DNA of 64,000 nt, taken from assembly GCA_951406725.2 (NCBI GenBank), contig OX597826.1, forward strand, positions 64,356,001 to 64,420,000, written 5' to 3'. The position numbers and the translations under genes were made by a program. Under the pieces are notes generated by a model. The model searched no databases and had not been told where the DNA came from. It was given only the letters and a program-made list of their open reading frames with translations. Origin of the DNA: Octopus vulgaris. Taxonomy: Eukaryota. Positions 25,941-39,300 of the stretch are shown piece by piece. Every line of letters starts with the position of its first letter. Position 1 is the stretch's first letter.

Positions 25941-26189
25941 TAGGAATATTAATATACAAATCAACTTATTGTTTGGGAAGTAAAAGTGGGAGTTTGCTGG
26001 ATATACCATAGAAAAAAGGTATCAAAAGTTATATTTGAATATGACGGATCCCATCCTAAAAGAAATGGCTTCTCATAGTCCCTCAATAACAAACATCACT
26101 GGACGTTTTTGTACAAATTGACCCCTATTGATGTAGACAACTACAACCTTTTGGTATTGTAACTCATTGTTATCCCCATTATGATATTC

Positions 26190-26640
26190 ATCCCTCATAG
26201 GATCAGCCTTCACATCTTTCCCTATCTTCCTTGGCCTTTCTCTTCCACAGATAACCTTCCACTTGGATTGTTTGGCACTGTTTCACCAAGCTACCATCCT
26301 CCATATGGATCTTATGCTTGTATCATCACAATCTTCTAACTGTACACTACAGTTGACTCCTCTTATATTCACGTTTTCTCTCAGATCATTTGTGTTCTGT
26401 CATTTATGTATGTTAACATGATACTTTCAGTTTTACATGCCCAGCCCTTTTCTTCCCAGCCTCCACAACCCCTGAATTCATTGACCAGGTTTCACAACCC
26501 TACCATGCAATATCACACTTCATATTTGCTCATCATGTAATCTAATTGTCACAGAGTGAATCCCTTTGTTAACAAGCAGAGGGTGATAGCTCCTCGAAAA
26601 CCCATATCATGCCAGTGTTTGCTGTTCACTATGTGACCTG
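26190..26640 (-). mobile_element. Old degraded RTE LINE RT C-terminal fragment
   Basis: RRL**YKHKIHMEDGSLVKQCQTIQVEG aligns with RRLRWYGHVARMDEERCVRKCQSLAVEG in the younger RTE near 56630. Confidence 0.72.
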
Positions 26641-26956
26641 CGTTCAAAGTTTATTTTACTTTGGGAAAATTTGGAAAAAGGAGGTAAGAAAAAAAATTAC
26701 TCAGTCCATGCTGTAAAGTAATTGGTGTTAGGAAGGGCATCCAGCTGTAGAAACCATCCCAAAGTAGATACTGGAGCACAGTACAGTCTTTGGATACTGT
26801 CAAACTGTCCAACCCATACCAGCATGAAACAGACATTAAATAATGATGATGAAATTCAGGTATTTCAGTTGGTATTCAATACTTTCAGCTTAAATAAGTA
26901 GCTTACTATGTTATGTACAGGTATTGAGTTCTTTATTAAAATTTATGTTTTGTTCT

Positions 26957-27350
26957 AGGAGCAGGAGTGGCTGTGTGGTAAGTAGCTTGCTTACCAACCA
27001 CATGGTTCCAGGTTCAGTCTCACTGCATGGCACCTTGGGCAAGTGTCTTCTACTATAGCCTCAGGCTGACCAAAGCCTTCTGAGTGGATTTGGTAGATGG
27101 AAACTGAAAGAAGCCCGTCATGTATATGTATATATATATGTGTGTCTGTGTTTGTCCTCCCAACATCGATTGACAACCGATGCTGGTATGTTTACATCCC
27201 TGTAACTTAGTGGTTCGGCAAAAGAGACCGATAGAATAAGTACTAGGCTTACAAAGAATAAGTCCTGGAGTCAATTTGCTCGACTAAAGGTGGTGCTCCA
27301 GCAGAGCTGCAGTCAAATGACTGAAACAAGTAAAAGAGTAAAAGAGTAAA
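26957..27350 (+). mobile_element. SINE family A, full length
   Basis: Consensus-like head, microsatellite and (gtaaaaga)n tail. Confidence 0.92.
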
Positions 27351-28441
27351 ATACATTATCATATATACCTCAACCCATACACACAGACACTTGTTTGTTT
27401 GAGGCACAAGCAAGAAAGAAAGTATTCAATACATGTAATAGGACTTTGAAAATTTGATGACTCACTGTCATGACTCAGAGCTGTTAGCAATAAGAAATAG
27501 TTCCACTGACAAAATAACTCTTTGTCAACCATTTCCTGCCAGTAATATCTTCAGAGTAGTAATGCAAAAATGCAAGTCATATGTGCTTCTCTAGTGCTCT
27601 CCCAGAAGACAAGTGCTACATATCAAATGTGAAATGGTAACAATTTTAACAATTAAAACAAAGTTGTGAGGGACCAAATTTCAGAGGCTTATAGTGATGG
27701 TTTTTACAAACTATGTTATAATGCTGAGCTAGAGTAAGTAAAAACATCATCGTCATCATCATCACCATCACCATTATCATCATCATCACTGTTTTAATGT
27801 CCACTTTTCCATGCTTGATTTGTTCCACAGAGTTTATTGAAGCAGATTTTCTACAGCTGGTTGCTTTCCATGTCACCAAACTTTACTGGTTTCCATGGCC
27901 AGATATGGAGAATATTGGAAATGAAAGACACTGCTTGTATGACAGGGACACTCATTTACAACTATCACATGATGTCAAAACGAGGAAATGCAAACACACT
28001 CACACACACACATATATATTTAATACATATATATGATGAAATTCCTTCAGTTTTTGTGTACCAAATCTACTCATAAGGCTTTGGTTGGGTTATAGCAGAA
28101 GTCACTTACCTAAAGTGCCATGCAGTGGGAAGCAGGGAGCAAACTTGTTAACCAGAACCAGGGAGCAAACTTGTTAACCATACAGCTACACTTGTGTCTA
28201 CATGATTTCAAACTAACTTAATCTTTGTTTTCTGAGTGTATATTAAGAAAATTTACCATTTTTAGTGAGTGAGTGGCACTCACCTGGCTTAACCAGAATA
28301 TAACCACCAACCAAATTCACAAGCAAAACAGATTACCTTTTTTTTTTCATAGCAGCCAGATAAAAAAGAAGTAAAAGAAAAAAAAAAAAAGGGGGTATTC
28401 AAAGAGAAAATAATAGTTTGAACATGTTATAAAATTCTTAC

Positions 28442-28512
28442 GTTTAGGTTTCGAAATCTTTTCGTATGGCTGTTCTCTCCCAATCGAATTTCAATTATGT
28501 TGTGTAGAGCAA
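28442..28512 (-). CDS. PLC exon, PH domain middle: (I)ALHNIIEIRLGENSHTKRFRNLN
   Basis: ttttacAG acceptor and GTAAG donor; 71 nt, phase 1/0; joins both neighbours in frame. Matches the PLC PH motif I.EIR.G. Confidence 0.92.
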
Positions 28513-29638
28513 CTGTAAAAGAAAGAGAAGGAAAATATTACTACCATTTGTATTGTTCTGGTCATTGAGTTGCTAGTAAGGTTGCTTTATAAATATTTTA
28601 TGAACAGTAACATCTTGAAAACAAAAGTTTAATATTTGATTTCATAAATATGTGTATTTGTGAAATTGATAAAATAAATATAATTTGCAATAAAAATTTG
28701 CAGTTTATTGTGACTTAAAATTCCTGCAACTTCATGTAAAACCTTTTGCCAAGGTCTGCCTGCAGTTAGCATCTCTCACTGTCACTCAAACTCACTCTAT
28801 TTGCTGCTTTAGTTTCCCTCTACCCATGTGACCAGCATGAAACACGTTGCACTTTATTACATTGTATAAGACACACACACACACACACACGCACACACAC
28901 ACAAACAGAATGAAGTTTTATGTTTAGATTCGTCTAAAAAATAAAAGCTGGTGTTATGTTGTGTCTCTTCACATCCTGTAACTTAATGGTTGACATAAAG
29001 AGACCAATAAAATAAGTATTCCATAAGTTTTCTATCTCAGATTTGTCTTTTTAATGTCTAATATCGGAGCCTATTAAGTATTTTAATAGAATTGTAAGAG
29101 AATTAAGAAAGCCAAAAAAGGAGGGACACATGAGACAACGTTGTTCTAGATATACAACACCTGAAAAGACAAGCTTGTCATGTCATATATAGAAAGCCTT
29201 TTTTTTTTATTATAGTTCTGATTGATTGTAGTTGACCTAGAGCTCAACAACAACAACTAGACTGGAATAGTTAACAATGGTTTGCACCAGTATAAATCAG
29301 TTTAAAAAGCTAAACAAATCCGGTGTATGTTAGTGTGATCTTTTGAAATGGAGCTTTTGATCATAGAAAGCTTGAGTCATGGTCAAGTTGTTTATCAAAG
29401 ACTCATAAGCAATACATACAATTGCAGCTCTCATGGAATGCAGTTACACAGCTGATGAAAGGAGAGGGGAGAGAGAGAGAGGGTAAAGGGGAGAGAGAGA
29501 AAGAGAGTGGTAAAGTGTTGAGAGAGGCATTTCCTTAGTGAAGAAGATGTCCCCCCACTCTCTCTCTAAACAACAACATAGGAACCTAAGATACATTAGT
29601 AAGTGATAGTGCATGCTGATAGCAAGTGATGGCCATTA

Positions 29639-30140
29639 TCTCTATATCTACAAATGGCAAAATGTCTATCTGTGTATCCTTTATACAAATCCACAGTTTT
29701 TCATGTAAAAGGCTCGCATTTTCTATGGGCTTTCAAAACTGTCTGAGGGTGGTCGTGAAGATCTTTCCATTTCCCCAGTCACCCCAGAAAGCCATTAAAA
29801 AAAAAAAAATTGATAAACCAACCCCTTATGCCCATAAGTTATTTTGCAGCCAAATTCGAGTTTTTCGCTTTCTTCTGCCTCCTTTTTTGTCCGACTAACG
29901 GCATGTGCACAGTCCCACTAATTTTGCATGATTATGCCATTCCTGGTGTGAAAACCGAAGTCCAATGATTATTAATTACTCTCATAAAAAGCTCCAACTA
30001 GCTCATAAACAACAAAACTGGCCCGGGCTGAAATGTGATAAGAAACTTAGCTCTTGATTTAGTGAGAAATTTTTACTGTGACCCAGCAACCAACAACAAG
30101 CACTAGCACTAGACTCGGCAACACTGGGTCATAGTGCTAT
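29639..30140 (+). mobile_element. Non-autonomous Helitron, longer copy
   Basis: A|TCTCTATATCTAC start; 3' hairpin plus CTAT; highly similar to 17626-18029 with about 100 bp extra internal sequence. Confidence 0.85.
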
Positions 30141-30144
30141 TAAT

Positions 30145-30808
30145 TATTAAAGCTGGAATATGGACAAAATCATTAGAGCACTGGAAAAAATGCCTTGCAG
30201 CATTTGTTCCAATTCTTCACATTCTGAGTTCAAATCCTGCTGTGGTCAACTTTATACTTGACTAGTACTTTATTTTATCAAACCTTAAGAGATGAAAGAC
30301 AGAGTCAATTTAATCAACTCTCTGTCCCCAAATTTCAGGCCTTGTGCCTATATTAAAAACAAATTTTATTTTTATTGCTGTTCTTGTCTAGGATTTGGAG
30401 AAATGCCTTGCAACATGTTCCAGCACTTTACATCCTAAGTTCAAATCCTACCAAAGTCAACTTTGTTTTTCGTTCCTCCAAGCTTGATAAAATATAATAC
30501 CCATCAAGTACTGAAGTAGATGGGACTGACTAAATCCCCTCCCTTTAAACTTAGTGGGTTTGTATCTAAATCAGAAACTATTATAAGCATCGTTATTATT
30601 ATTATCATTTTTAAGGCAGCGATCTGGCAGAATCGTTAGCATGCTGGATGAAATGATTAGCAGTATTTTGCCTGTCGCTTATGTTCTGAGGTCAACCTTG
30701 CTTTTGTACTTTCAGAGTTGATAAAATAAGTGCCACTTGAACACTGGGGTTGATGTAATCAACTCATCCCCCTTCTCCAAAATTGCTGCTTATGTGGCAA
30801 AATTTGGA

Positions 30809-30839
<31 letters not shown>

Positions 30840-31470
30840 TGGCGAGCTAACAGAATTGTTAGCATGCTGGGCAAAATGCTTAGCGACATTTTATCTGTTT
30901 GCACATTCTATCATGGTCAACTTCACCATTCATGTTTTTGGGGTCGATTAATTAAGCACTGGGGTTGATATAATTGGCTAGTCTCTTCCCCTAAAATTTC
31001 AGGCCTTGTGCCCTTAGTAGAAAGTGAACTGGCAGAATCATTAGCACACTGGACGAAATACTCAGTAGCATTTCTTCTAGATTCACATTCTGAGTTCAAA
31101 TGCTGCTGAGGTCAACTTTACCTTTTATCCTCGATAAAATAAGTAGCAGTTGAGCAGTGGGAATCGATGTAATTGAGTAGCTCCCTCCCCTAACATTTCA
31201 GGCCATGTGCCTATAGTAGAAAGAATTATCATCATCATCATCATAATTATTATTTAGGCACTGTAAGGTTGCAAACTAGCAGAGTTGTTACTGCACCAGA
31301 CGAAATGCTTAGCAGTATTTCTTCTGGTTCTATGTTCAAATGCTGCCGAGGTCAGTTTTGCCTTTCATCCTTCCAGGATTGATCAAATAAGTACCAGTTG
31401 AGTACTGGAGTCAATATAATCAACTTCCCCCTTATCTCCAAATTGCTGACCTTGTGCCAAAATTAGAATT
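30145..31470 (+). mobile_element. Head-to-tail cluster of about 6-7 diverged SINE family B copies
   Basis: Repeated ggcag.atcgttagca...ttctgagttcaaat...ggtcaacttt...gcctt.tgcc units separated by (ATT)n. Confidence 0.82.
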
Positions 31471-31561
31471 ATTTAGGCACTGTCACATATTGAATTTTAG
31501 GATTTGTTGTGCCTTGTTCTCCCAGAACTAAGTATAAACCTTCCCTACAAATTCTTATTTA

Positions 31562-31945
31562 ATGACTGTGGCCATGCTGGAGCACCATTTTTAGTCGAGC
31601 AAATCGACCCCAGGACTTATTCTTTGTAAGCCTAATACTTATTCTATCGTTCTCTTTTGGTGAACCGCTAAATTATGGGGATGTAAACACAGCAGCATCG
31701 GTTGTCAAGCGATGGTTGTGGGTGGGGGGACAAACAGATACACAAACATATACACACATGTACATATATATATATACATATATACGATGGGCTCCTTTCA
31801 GTTTCCGTCTACCAAATCCACTCACAAGGCTTTGGTCGGCCCAAGGCTATAGTAGAAGACACTTGCCCAAGGTGCCACGCAGTGGGATTGCACCTGGAAC
31901 CATGTGGTTGGTAAGCAAGCTACTTAGCACACAGCCACTCCTACA
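31562..31945 (-). mobile_element. SINE family A, near full length
   Basis: Reverse-complement match to 26957-27350. Confidence 0.9.
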
Positions 31946-33039
31946 CAATTTTTTTCCTCTTTTTAATGACAGAGTTTAAAGAAGACATTGCAATGGAAAG
32001 GTATCATTTGGCTCAGTAAACTAAAGTTAACATAATCTTGACATGAGGACAAGTATAAAAACAGCCATGCTATCAGGTTAACATGAGGGCATGTGAATTG
32101 TTGGTTATTTATGGCCATAGTGACCTAAATTTATGGTGAAGATTATGACTTTAGTTTATCTTCAACGATGCAATTGTGTGTGTGCGTGCGTGTAAGATAA
32201 AGAGAGAAGAGAATGGAGAAAAAGTGAAAGGTGAGAGTATAATTGAAGGGAAAGAGTGAGAGAAAGGAGATTAGGCAAGTGAAGTGAAAGAGAATTACAG
32301 GATAGCATTCTAGTCTTTACCCTGTGACATTCCAATTTAAAAATATGCAAGGTAGTGTGATAAATCTGAGTTTTCTTTTGATCTTTATTCAGAATGTGGT
32401 GGTCTCCATCAGTTTTCTTTGTATTTAAATAATAATAAAGAACCACCAACATGCCGGATAATCAACAGAACACAGTTTGCATTCCACACAAACACTATAC
32501 AAGCACTAAAACAAAAGACTGCAACCACACCCCATAACAAAACAAACTGACACTATACAATACTGGGAAGAGTTTGCACTCCCCCAACAGCAAAAAAGAA
32601 CATACAATGCTGCACACATTCATACACATCAGCATCATGGAGGTGTAGCAGATGATGCAGTAGAAACCTACCTGAAACTAACAAATGTTGAAAAATAATA
32701 ATAATAATAATAATAAAAATAATAATAATGATAGAATGATAATAACCATGAGGCAATTAAAAGTTGCTTGAAACTATCAGATGTCTAAAAATAATAGTGG
32801 AGATGACGATGGGGATGAACGTTACCATATCTCAGTTTATGAGAAGCAGGAGTTTCTGAAGAACGCTGGTTGTAACAGCAAAAATGAAGCTGGACCTTTA
32901 AGGGAAGGCCTCTTATTCGGCAGTGGATCAGTAAAGATGCAGACTGACCACAGTTGTCATCCTAATACAGCATCAGCAGATAATAGAGCGAGGAGGAGGA
33001 AGTGAACCAGTGAAGAAAACAGGATAGTGATACAGTGCT

Positions 33040-33920
33040 TATTCTATCACTCTATTTTGCTGAACCACTAAGTTACAGGATGTAAACTCACCATCACTGG
33101 TTGTCAAACAGTGGTGAGGGACAAACACAGTCACAAAGTTACACACACACACACATACACTTGACTTCTTTCAGTTTCCATCTATCAAATCCACTCACAA
33201 AGCTTTGGTTGGTCTGAGGTTGTAATAGAAGACACTTGCCCAAGGTGTCCACACATTGGGACTGAACCCAGAACCATGTAGTTAGGAAGCAAGCTTCTTA
33301 CCCCACAATGACACTTAGTTACAGATGTTTTAAAATAAGTTCTTCTGTTCCACCAAAAGATGCAATCATGAAGGGTACTTGTTTTTTTTTTGCAGTCTGG
33401 AAATTATTCTATCAGTCACTTTTACTGAACTGCTAAGTTATGGGAACAAAGAAATCAACTCCAGTTGTGAAGTTGTGGCAATGGGGTGACAAAAACACAC
33501 ACAAATATATATATATATACATACACATATATAGGTGGCAAGCTGGCAGAAACGTTAGCACGCCGGGCGAAATGCGTAGCTGTATTTCGTCTGCCGTTAC
33601 GTTCTGGGTTCAAATTCCGCCGAGGTCGACTTTGCCTTTCATCCTTTCAGGGTCGATAAATTAAGTACCAGTTACGCACTGGGTTCGATGTAATCGACTT
33701 AATCCATTTTGTCTCTCCTTGTTTGTCCCCTCTGTGTTTAGCCCCTTGTGGGTAGTAAAGAAATATATATAAATACATACACATGACAGGCTTCTACATA
33801 GGTTCCATCTACCAGATTCTCTCAAAATACACCAATTAGTCTGGGGCTATAGTAGAAGAGATTTGTCCAAGGTGCCAAGGGACTGAACCTGAAACCATGT
33901 GGTAGAAAGGTGACCTTCCA
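33040..33920 (-). mobile_element. Two SINE family A fragments; the second carries a nested plus-strand SINE B (33533-33765) in its (TA)n
   Basis: The family A body resumes at about 33783 after a consensus-like B copy. Confidence 0.82.
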
Positions 33921-34189
33921 AACCATAAAACCAAAAAAAAAAGAAGAATACACAACACTACTGTGTAATTTCTTGATCGCAGATGAAAGCAAGAAGGTGA
34001 AATTAATATCTCCAAGATTTGAATACCAAACTGAAAGTACTGTTATTAAAAACATTCAAGCCTCCTATGCCATCACAAGCTGCCTATTGCCGTGTAATAA
34101 ATAAATAACAAACATGTAAAACAAATCAATGAATCCACATAAAAAAACAAACAAAAAGAAAAATTTGAAGAATATGGATATTTTCTTAC

Positions 34190-34342
34190 TTTCAGGAGTT
34201 TTTTTGCGGAAAACTTTGGTAGAACCTTCATAACGGAGCACCATTTTGTCTCGGTCAAGGACGTAGATCCGTTCATATTGGTTGCCATGCTTCACCTTAT
34301 TCATTACGATACCTTTCTCAAGTTCTTTGAGGTCAGCCTCCA
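34190..34342 (-). CDS. Phospholipase C (delta-like) exon, PH domain N-terminal half: (x)EADLKELEKGIVMNKVKHGNQYERIYVLDRDKMVLRYEGSTKVFRKKTPE
   Basis: Poly-T tract plus AG at 34344-34343 and GTAAG donor at 34189; phase 1/phase 1. Aligns by eye to the PLC-delta1 PH segment [23 protein letters not shown]. Confidence 0.92.
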
Positions 34343-34522
34343 CTAAAAGAAAAAAAAAATTAAATAAAAATTAGATTCAGGCAATAAAAGACATGTAAAC
34401 AAAAATCATAGCATTTAAAAAATAATCAATAATAAATGGTAAAATTAATTAATTAATTAATAATTAATAAGTTTACTCAAGTAGTTTGGTATGTTAAAAG
34501 AACCATTATCGGTAAACTTATA

Positions 34523-34768
34523 CAAAAATTCTATAATTATGAGCATAATTATAATTAGGGTTCTGCAAAATTTGCTTCACCACATACCGAAATTTAGAAA
34601 TAGCAGTTAAAATACTACCATAAGATATCTCCAAGATTTGAATACCAAACTAAGATATCTTATGGTATTAAAATAGTATTTTAACTGCTATTTCTAAATT
34701 TCGGTATGTGGTGAAGCAAATTTTGCTGAACCCTAATTATAATCATGCTCATAATTATAGAATTTTTG
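34523..34768. repeat. Long near-perfect inverted repeat (arms about 108-116 bp)
   Basis: 34523-34630 is the reverse complement of 34653-34768 apart from a few mismatches and an 8-bp insertion. Confidence 0.93.
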
Positions 34769-34924
34769 CATTTAAAAAATATATTGATACAAAGCAATGC
34801 CTCAAAGTCTGGAATGGGAAACCCTTCACCTACAAGCAAAATCTTTGTATGTTTGCAAAATTTTGCTGGCATTCAAATTTGTAACTGTTTGTTTATTTGT
34901 TATTTAATGAATAATATTTTAACG

Positions 34925-35108
34925 TGTGCAGGCATGTACAGGGTAAAGACCTCCTTTGGTCACTAATGACCATGGGTTTGTGCCTAGAAAGTTCCCCCCC
35001 TCCGAGGCACAAAGTCTGGACAAAATTGCTTATGGAAGACCAGCAGTCACCCATGCATACCAGCCTCCCCTCTCCATGCCACCGATGTTATATAAGGGAA
35101 AGGTAAAT
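34925..35108 (+). mobile_element. GC-richer dispersed-repeat fragment, possibly an RTE-type 5' UTR
   Basis: gaagaccagcagtcacccatgcataccagcctcccctctccatgccaccgatgtt resembles RTE-associated 5' regions as recalled; not verified. Confidence 0.35.
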
Positions 35109-35979
35109 TAGTAAAAGTCAAGATAAAATATTTTTCTCAGCACAGATGAAATCCCACAGGTTCTTATGCACTTAACAATTTATCCCTTGTACTAAAACAA
35201 AGGGGAGAAAAAGGTCCCACTGTGCTATACACGACATAGCTGTCTGACTATCTAGAAACAGTAGCCAAATCTTTAAATCACACCCTACCGCATTTAAAAA
35301 ACAAAGAAGATGCATTATATAATGTACTCCTTGGTGATGGTCATATCTGGCATGCTTTTATAAAACTACTCGAAGTTGACTTTGGGCTTAAACATTATTA
35401 CAGAAAAGTGACATGGTCACAACCATTTGTGTGTTTCAGGAAATGCAGTTCATACCATGTTGTTAGAGAGTGTAATAGATGGTGGAATTAATAAAGTCAA
35501 ACTTCAAACCAAAGAATTGATGGTACACATTCTGATGCCAACACTGTGTAAGAGTTCAAGGCTTTAATACTGGCCCAGTTCACTTAGGAGTTGTCTAATT
35601 GTGAAGGCATACAAACAAAGATATACCAACAGTGGATATTCCATCCTTTTTTCTTTCAGACACAGTATATCTTGGAATATATTAGCCAATATACTGTACC
35701 TTATTTTAAGATGACATGTTCTGATTTAAAGAAGATATAGAAGCTTTTCTAGCAAGGTGAGCGACCACTTGGTACAATAGGGGCAGGACAGCTCACTGCT
35801 ATAAGCAATATGAATGCTGTTTCATCAAAGTGAATAAACAAAAATTTTAGTATGGTGGTTGGTTAAATTATTTGACTTACTAATCACATGACTATGCATG
35901 TAATGGTGTCATTTTATTTTATCTAGTTTCAGCTCACGAGCTGTGGCCATGCTGGGGCACCGCCATATGTGTATGTATC

Positions 35980-36175
35980 TTTCTCTTATTTCAATCATTA
36001 GACTGTGGCCATGCTGGAGCACCACCTTGAAGGATTTAGTCAAACAAATTGATTGCAGCACTTTATTTTTTAATCCTGGTACTTATTCTATCAGTCTCTT
36101 TTTGCCAAACCACTATGTTGTGGGGATGTTAACTAACCAACTCCAGTTGTCAAGCAGTAGTGGTGGGGACACTCA

Positions 36176-36215
<40 letters not shown>

Positions 36216-36365
36216 ACAGGCTTTTTTTAGTTTCTATTTAACAAACCCACTCACAAGGCTTTGGTCAATCCAGAGGGCTAACATAAGACACTTGCCCAAA
36301 TTGTCATGCAGTGGGACTGAATCTGGTACCATGTGTTTGGGAAGTAAGATTCTTACCACATAGTC
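35980..36365 (-). mobile_element. SINE family A (diverged)
   Basis: Family A tail, microsatellite and head motifs. Confidence 0.82.
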
Positions 36366-39300
36366 GTGTGTGTGTGTATGTATCAACATATAGCCAGCAA
36401 CAGTGGAATACCAGAGAGAACAGAACAACCAGTTCTTAAACCTGTCAAATCAATGGATCCAGTAGCCACCAGTCTTAGAGAAATTGTATGAAATTCCTGT
36501 TACGTGTCAACTTAATTAGCCACAGACCATTGCTGGAGTTAGTGCCAACATCAAAATACTAGTGGAATCAAACCTAGAACCATGCAGTTGCAGTGTAAAT
36601 ATCTTAACCACACAGCCATGACTGCACAATTATGTCATTGCGCAATTGTGGGTTTACATGTGTGTATGTATACAGAACTGTGAGTGAAAGATTTACTTCC
36701 TCATATGACAGCTGAAGTAACATAACACTTCATACGTGATACGTCTCTGATCATACTGTTTAAATGAAGGATTAAAATAACTTTTACTTTTATCTTAATC
36801 TCATTTTTGTAAATACCCGACAATTCTTAGAATACATTTCCAAGCGTGGCATATGGCATGTTTATCAGGATTTATATTTAACCAAACCATACCAAATCTT
36901 ACTAAACCTTCTTAATTTAGCTATTTTTTTTTCTTTTTTGTTAGCTAGAATTTAAATTTTTTAAAATCTCAAGGTTGTATGACTAACTGCTAAATGACAA
37001 GACATTAGTATATAAGCTATTTGTCTTTTTATTTTTATTGTTTTTGTCATTTAACATCAGCACAGCTTTGGACCAGCAAATCTGTTTGGAAAAACATTCC
37101 AGCAGTGAATCACCTCATCTATCAACATATAATTCCTTTAAAACAGTAATGTAGTTTTTTTTTCAAGGGAATTTGGCTCTTATTTCTAGCAGATTAAACA
37201 ACTACTTTAAGACTCACTTTTGAGATCATAATGAAACAAGCATCATAGCAGGATGGTTGGTTATAGTTTAGTTGCAGTTTAGAATGTACGTGCTACCTAT
37301 TTGCAGAATTTTGGTTTCTAAAATTAATGATATTGCAAACCAAAGACAAATACAAATTAATGATACTCATGAGAAAAGAATGAGCATCACAGATTCTTAT
37401 CCTCATTTCTGTTTATAACTGATGTATAAGAAATACAATGACTGATTCTGCAGTTACGCTGCCAAGAGCTCATGAATGTTTCATGAGCTGTTTGTTTCAT
37501 AATGTTTTCAATGAAAATGAACTCACAGTTACTCTGTATTTCTTTTTCTGTCTACTAAAATATTTAAACTGTCACTGTTTTGATTTCTTTTCAATGTTAT
37601 TTGCTGTTCTTAATCTCTTTAAATCAGCATCACCAAATAGGCTATTTGATTTTATTATCCAAGAAGCAGTAATGATTCAAATGCCCAGAGTTACTGTAAA
37701 ACCCTTGGTTAAAAAAATGAAATTATGAACACCCTGCTTTATGTATTGAGTTCTATTTTACTTTCAGTGCACAAGGTCTCAGATCAAATCTCTTGTCTGG
37801 CAAGTACACCTCCAAAGCTTGTATATGTATGTATTTTGATATATATGTCAGCGAGAACTGCAATGTTGATGATTATGATGATGTTGGGACTTCACTTGGC
37901 CCTGCCTGAGATTTGAAGAAACACATAGGATAGTATCGTTCTGTGTGTTCATAGAATGCACACATAGGATAGTATCATCCTAGATATATTCCATCTAGAA
38001 TAGTGATAGTTGGAATGTCTTTGACCAAAGATCAGCTGGATCTGGACTTATCTAGTGATTAATAATAACAAATACTCTGTCTTTTCCTCTACTCTCACTT
38101 GCACTTTACTCTTAAAAATCCTATATTGAATACATTCAATATTTTTCCCTCTTCACAATCGTATCCTTCCAAACCCTGTCTCAGTTTATGTTCCTCCGCT
38201 ACTCTCTAACCAAACACAATCATACCTAGAAAGATGACAACCTGTGACAGTGTTAAGGGTACTCTTTACTGCGTGAGGTTGTATCTCTAAGCAAACACAA
38301 CCTCAGAGTATTCCTAATATGACCAAATGTTGTCATTATCTTCCAATGGAGGGTACCTCTAATACTACTACATGTAGTAACTTTCTCTCCCATGAACCAA
38401 TGATGGAACTTTTACAGTCTCTTGACTTGCTAAATGTTATAGCTAGTGAATCTCTCTCTCAATTCACATCCCTGCTGTCTAAGGAAAGACCAACTGGATA
38501 ATATAATCAAGCGTAAAAGACAAGCTGGTCATGGTTGAAACATCTTCGATCACAGGTCTGTTCAATCAAGCCTTACCTGGAGATAAAAAAAACAGCATTC
38601 ATTCTCATAGAAAGTAATTAGATATAGACTTTATCTATACTAATTTAAGACAAAAAAAAAAAAGAAAAAAAGCAGCATCCAGCCAACTGATATAATCAAG
38701 GTCACAGTCTGCATACATTCCAGGTGACTGCATTATAGATTACAATAAAACAGCTGTTGCTCCTCAAATTTCTGTTACTTCATCATCGTCGTTTAACGTC
38801 CGTTCTCCATGCTAGCATGGGTATTTAAAGTGCAGAAAGTTTAATATAAAAGCATAATTTGAGAAGCAGGAATCGAAGGTGATCTGCAGTATCGTCTGTA
38901 ACACACACTCACCTGATTGCTGTAAGTAATTGGGTCAAGGTTTTGCCAGTGTAACCACCCCTGTTTCTCTTCTGTTTGAAAATTGGTACTTCATAATGTT
39001 TAATGTAATCTATATCAAAATCTTGTTAATTTATTGCAAATGACAAAGCTGAATAAAAATCATATGAAAGATCCTATTAGCTGCTCTCTCTCTCTCTCTC
39101 CCCAATTAGCTTTGATCAAATAGCCCTTTGATCAAGGGTGTACCAGCCATAGCCATTCCCTTGCTTAACCCTTTGAAACATATGAGTATGCTTTAGTAGG
39201 TATAATTTCATGTGACTATAAACCAGAAAAACTCAAAAATGGACATCTGTGTTTACAGAGGAAATAATGATGTTTCTGCATATCCGTTAACTATAAACAC

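Noticed and set aside
32781-33005. GC-richer 74-aa ORF
   Set aside because: No recognisable protein; may be the antisense of a decayed LINE 3' end, unverified.
34970-35050. Possible HDV-like ribozyme (tttgtgcc/ggcacaaa stem near a cctcc motif)
   Set aside because: P2, P3 and P4 could not be assembled convincingly.
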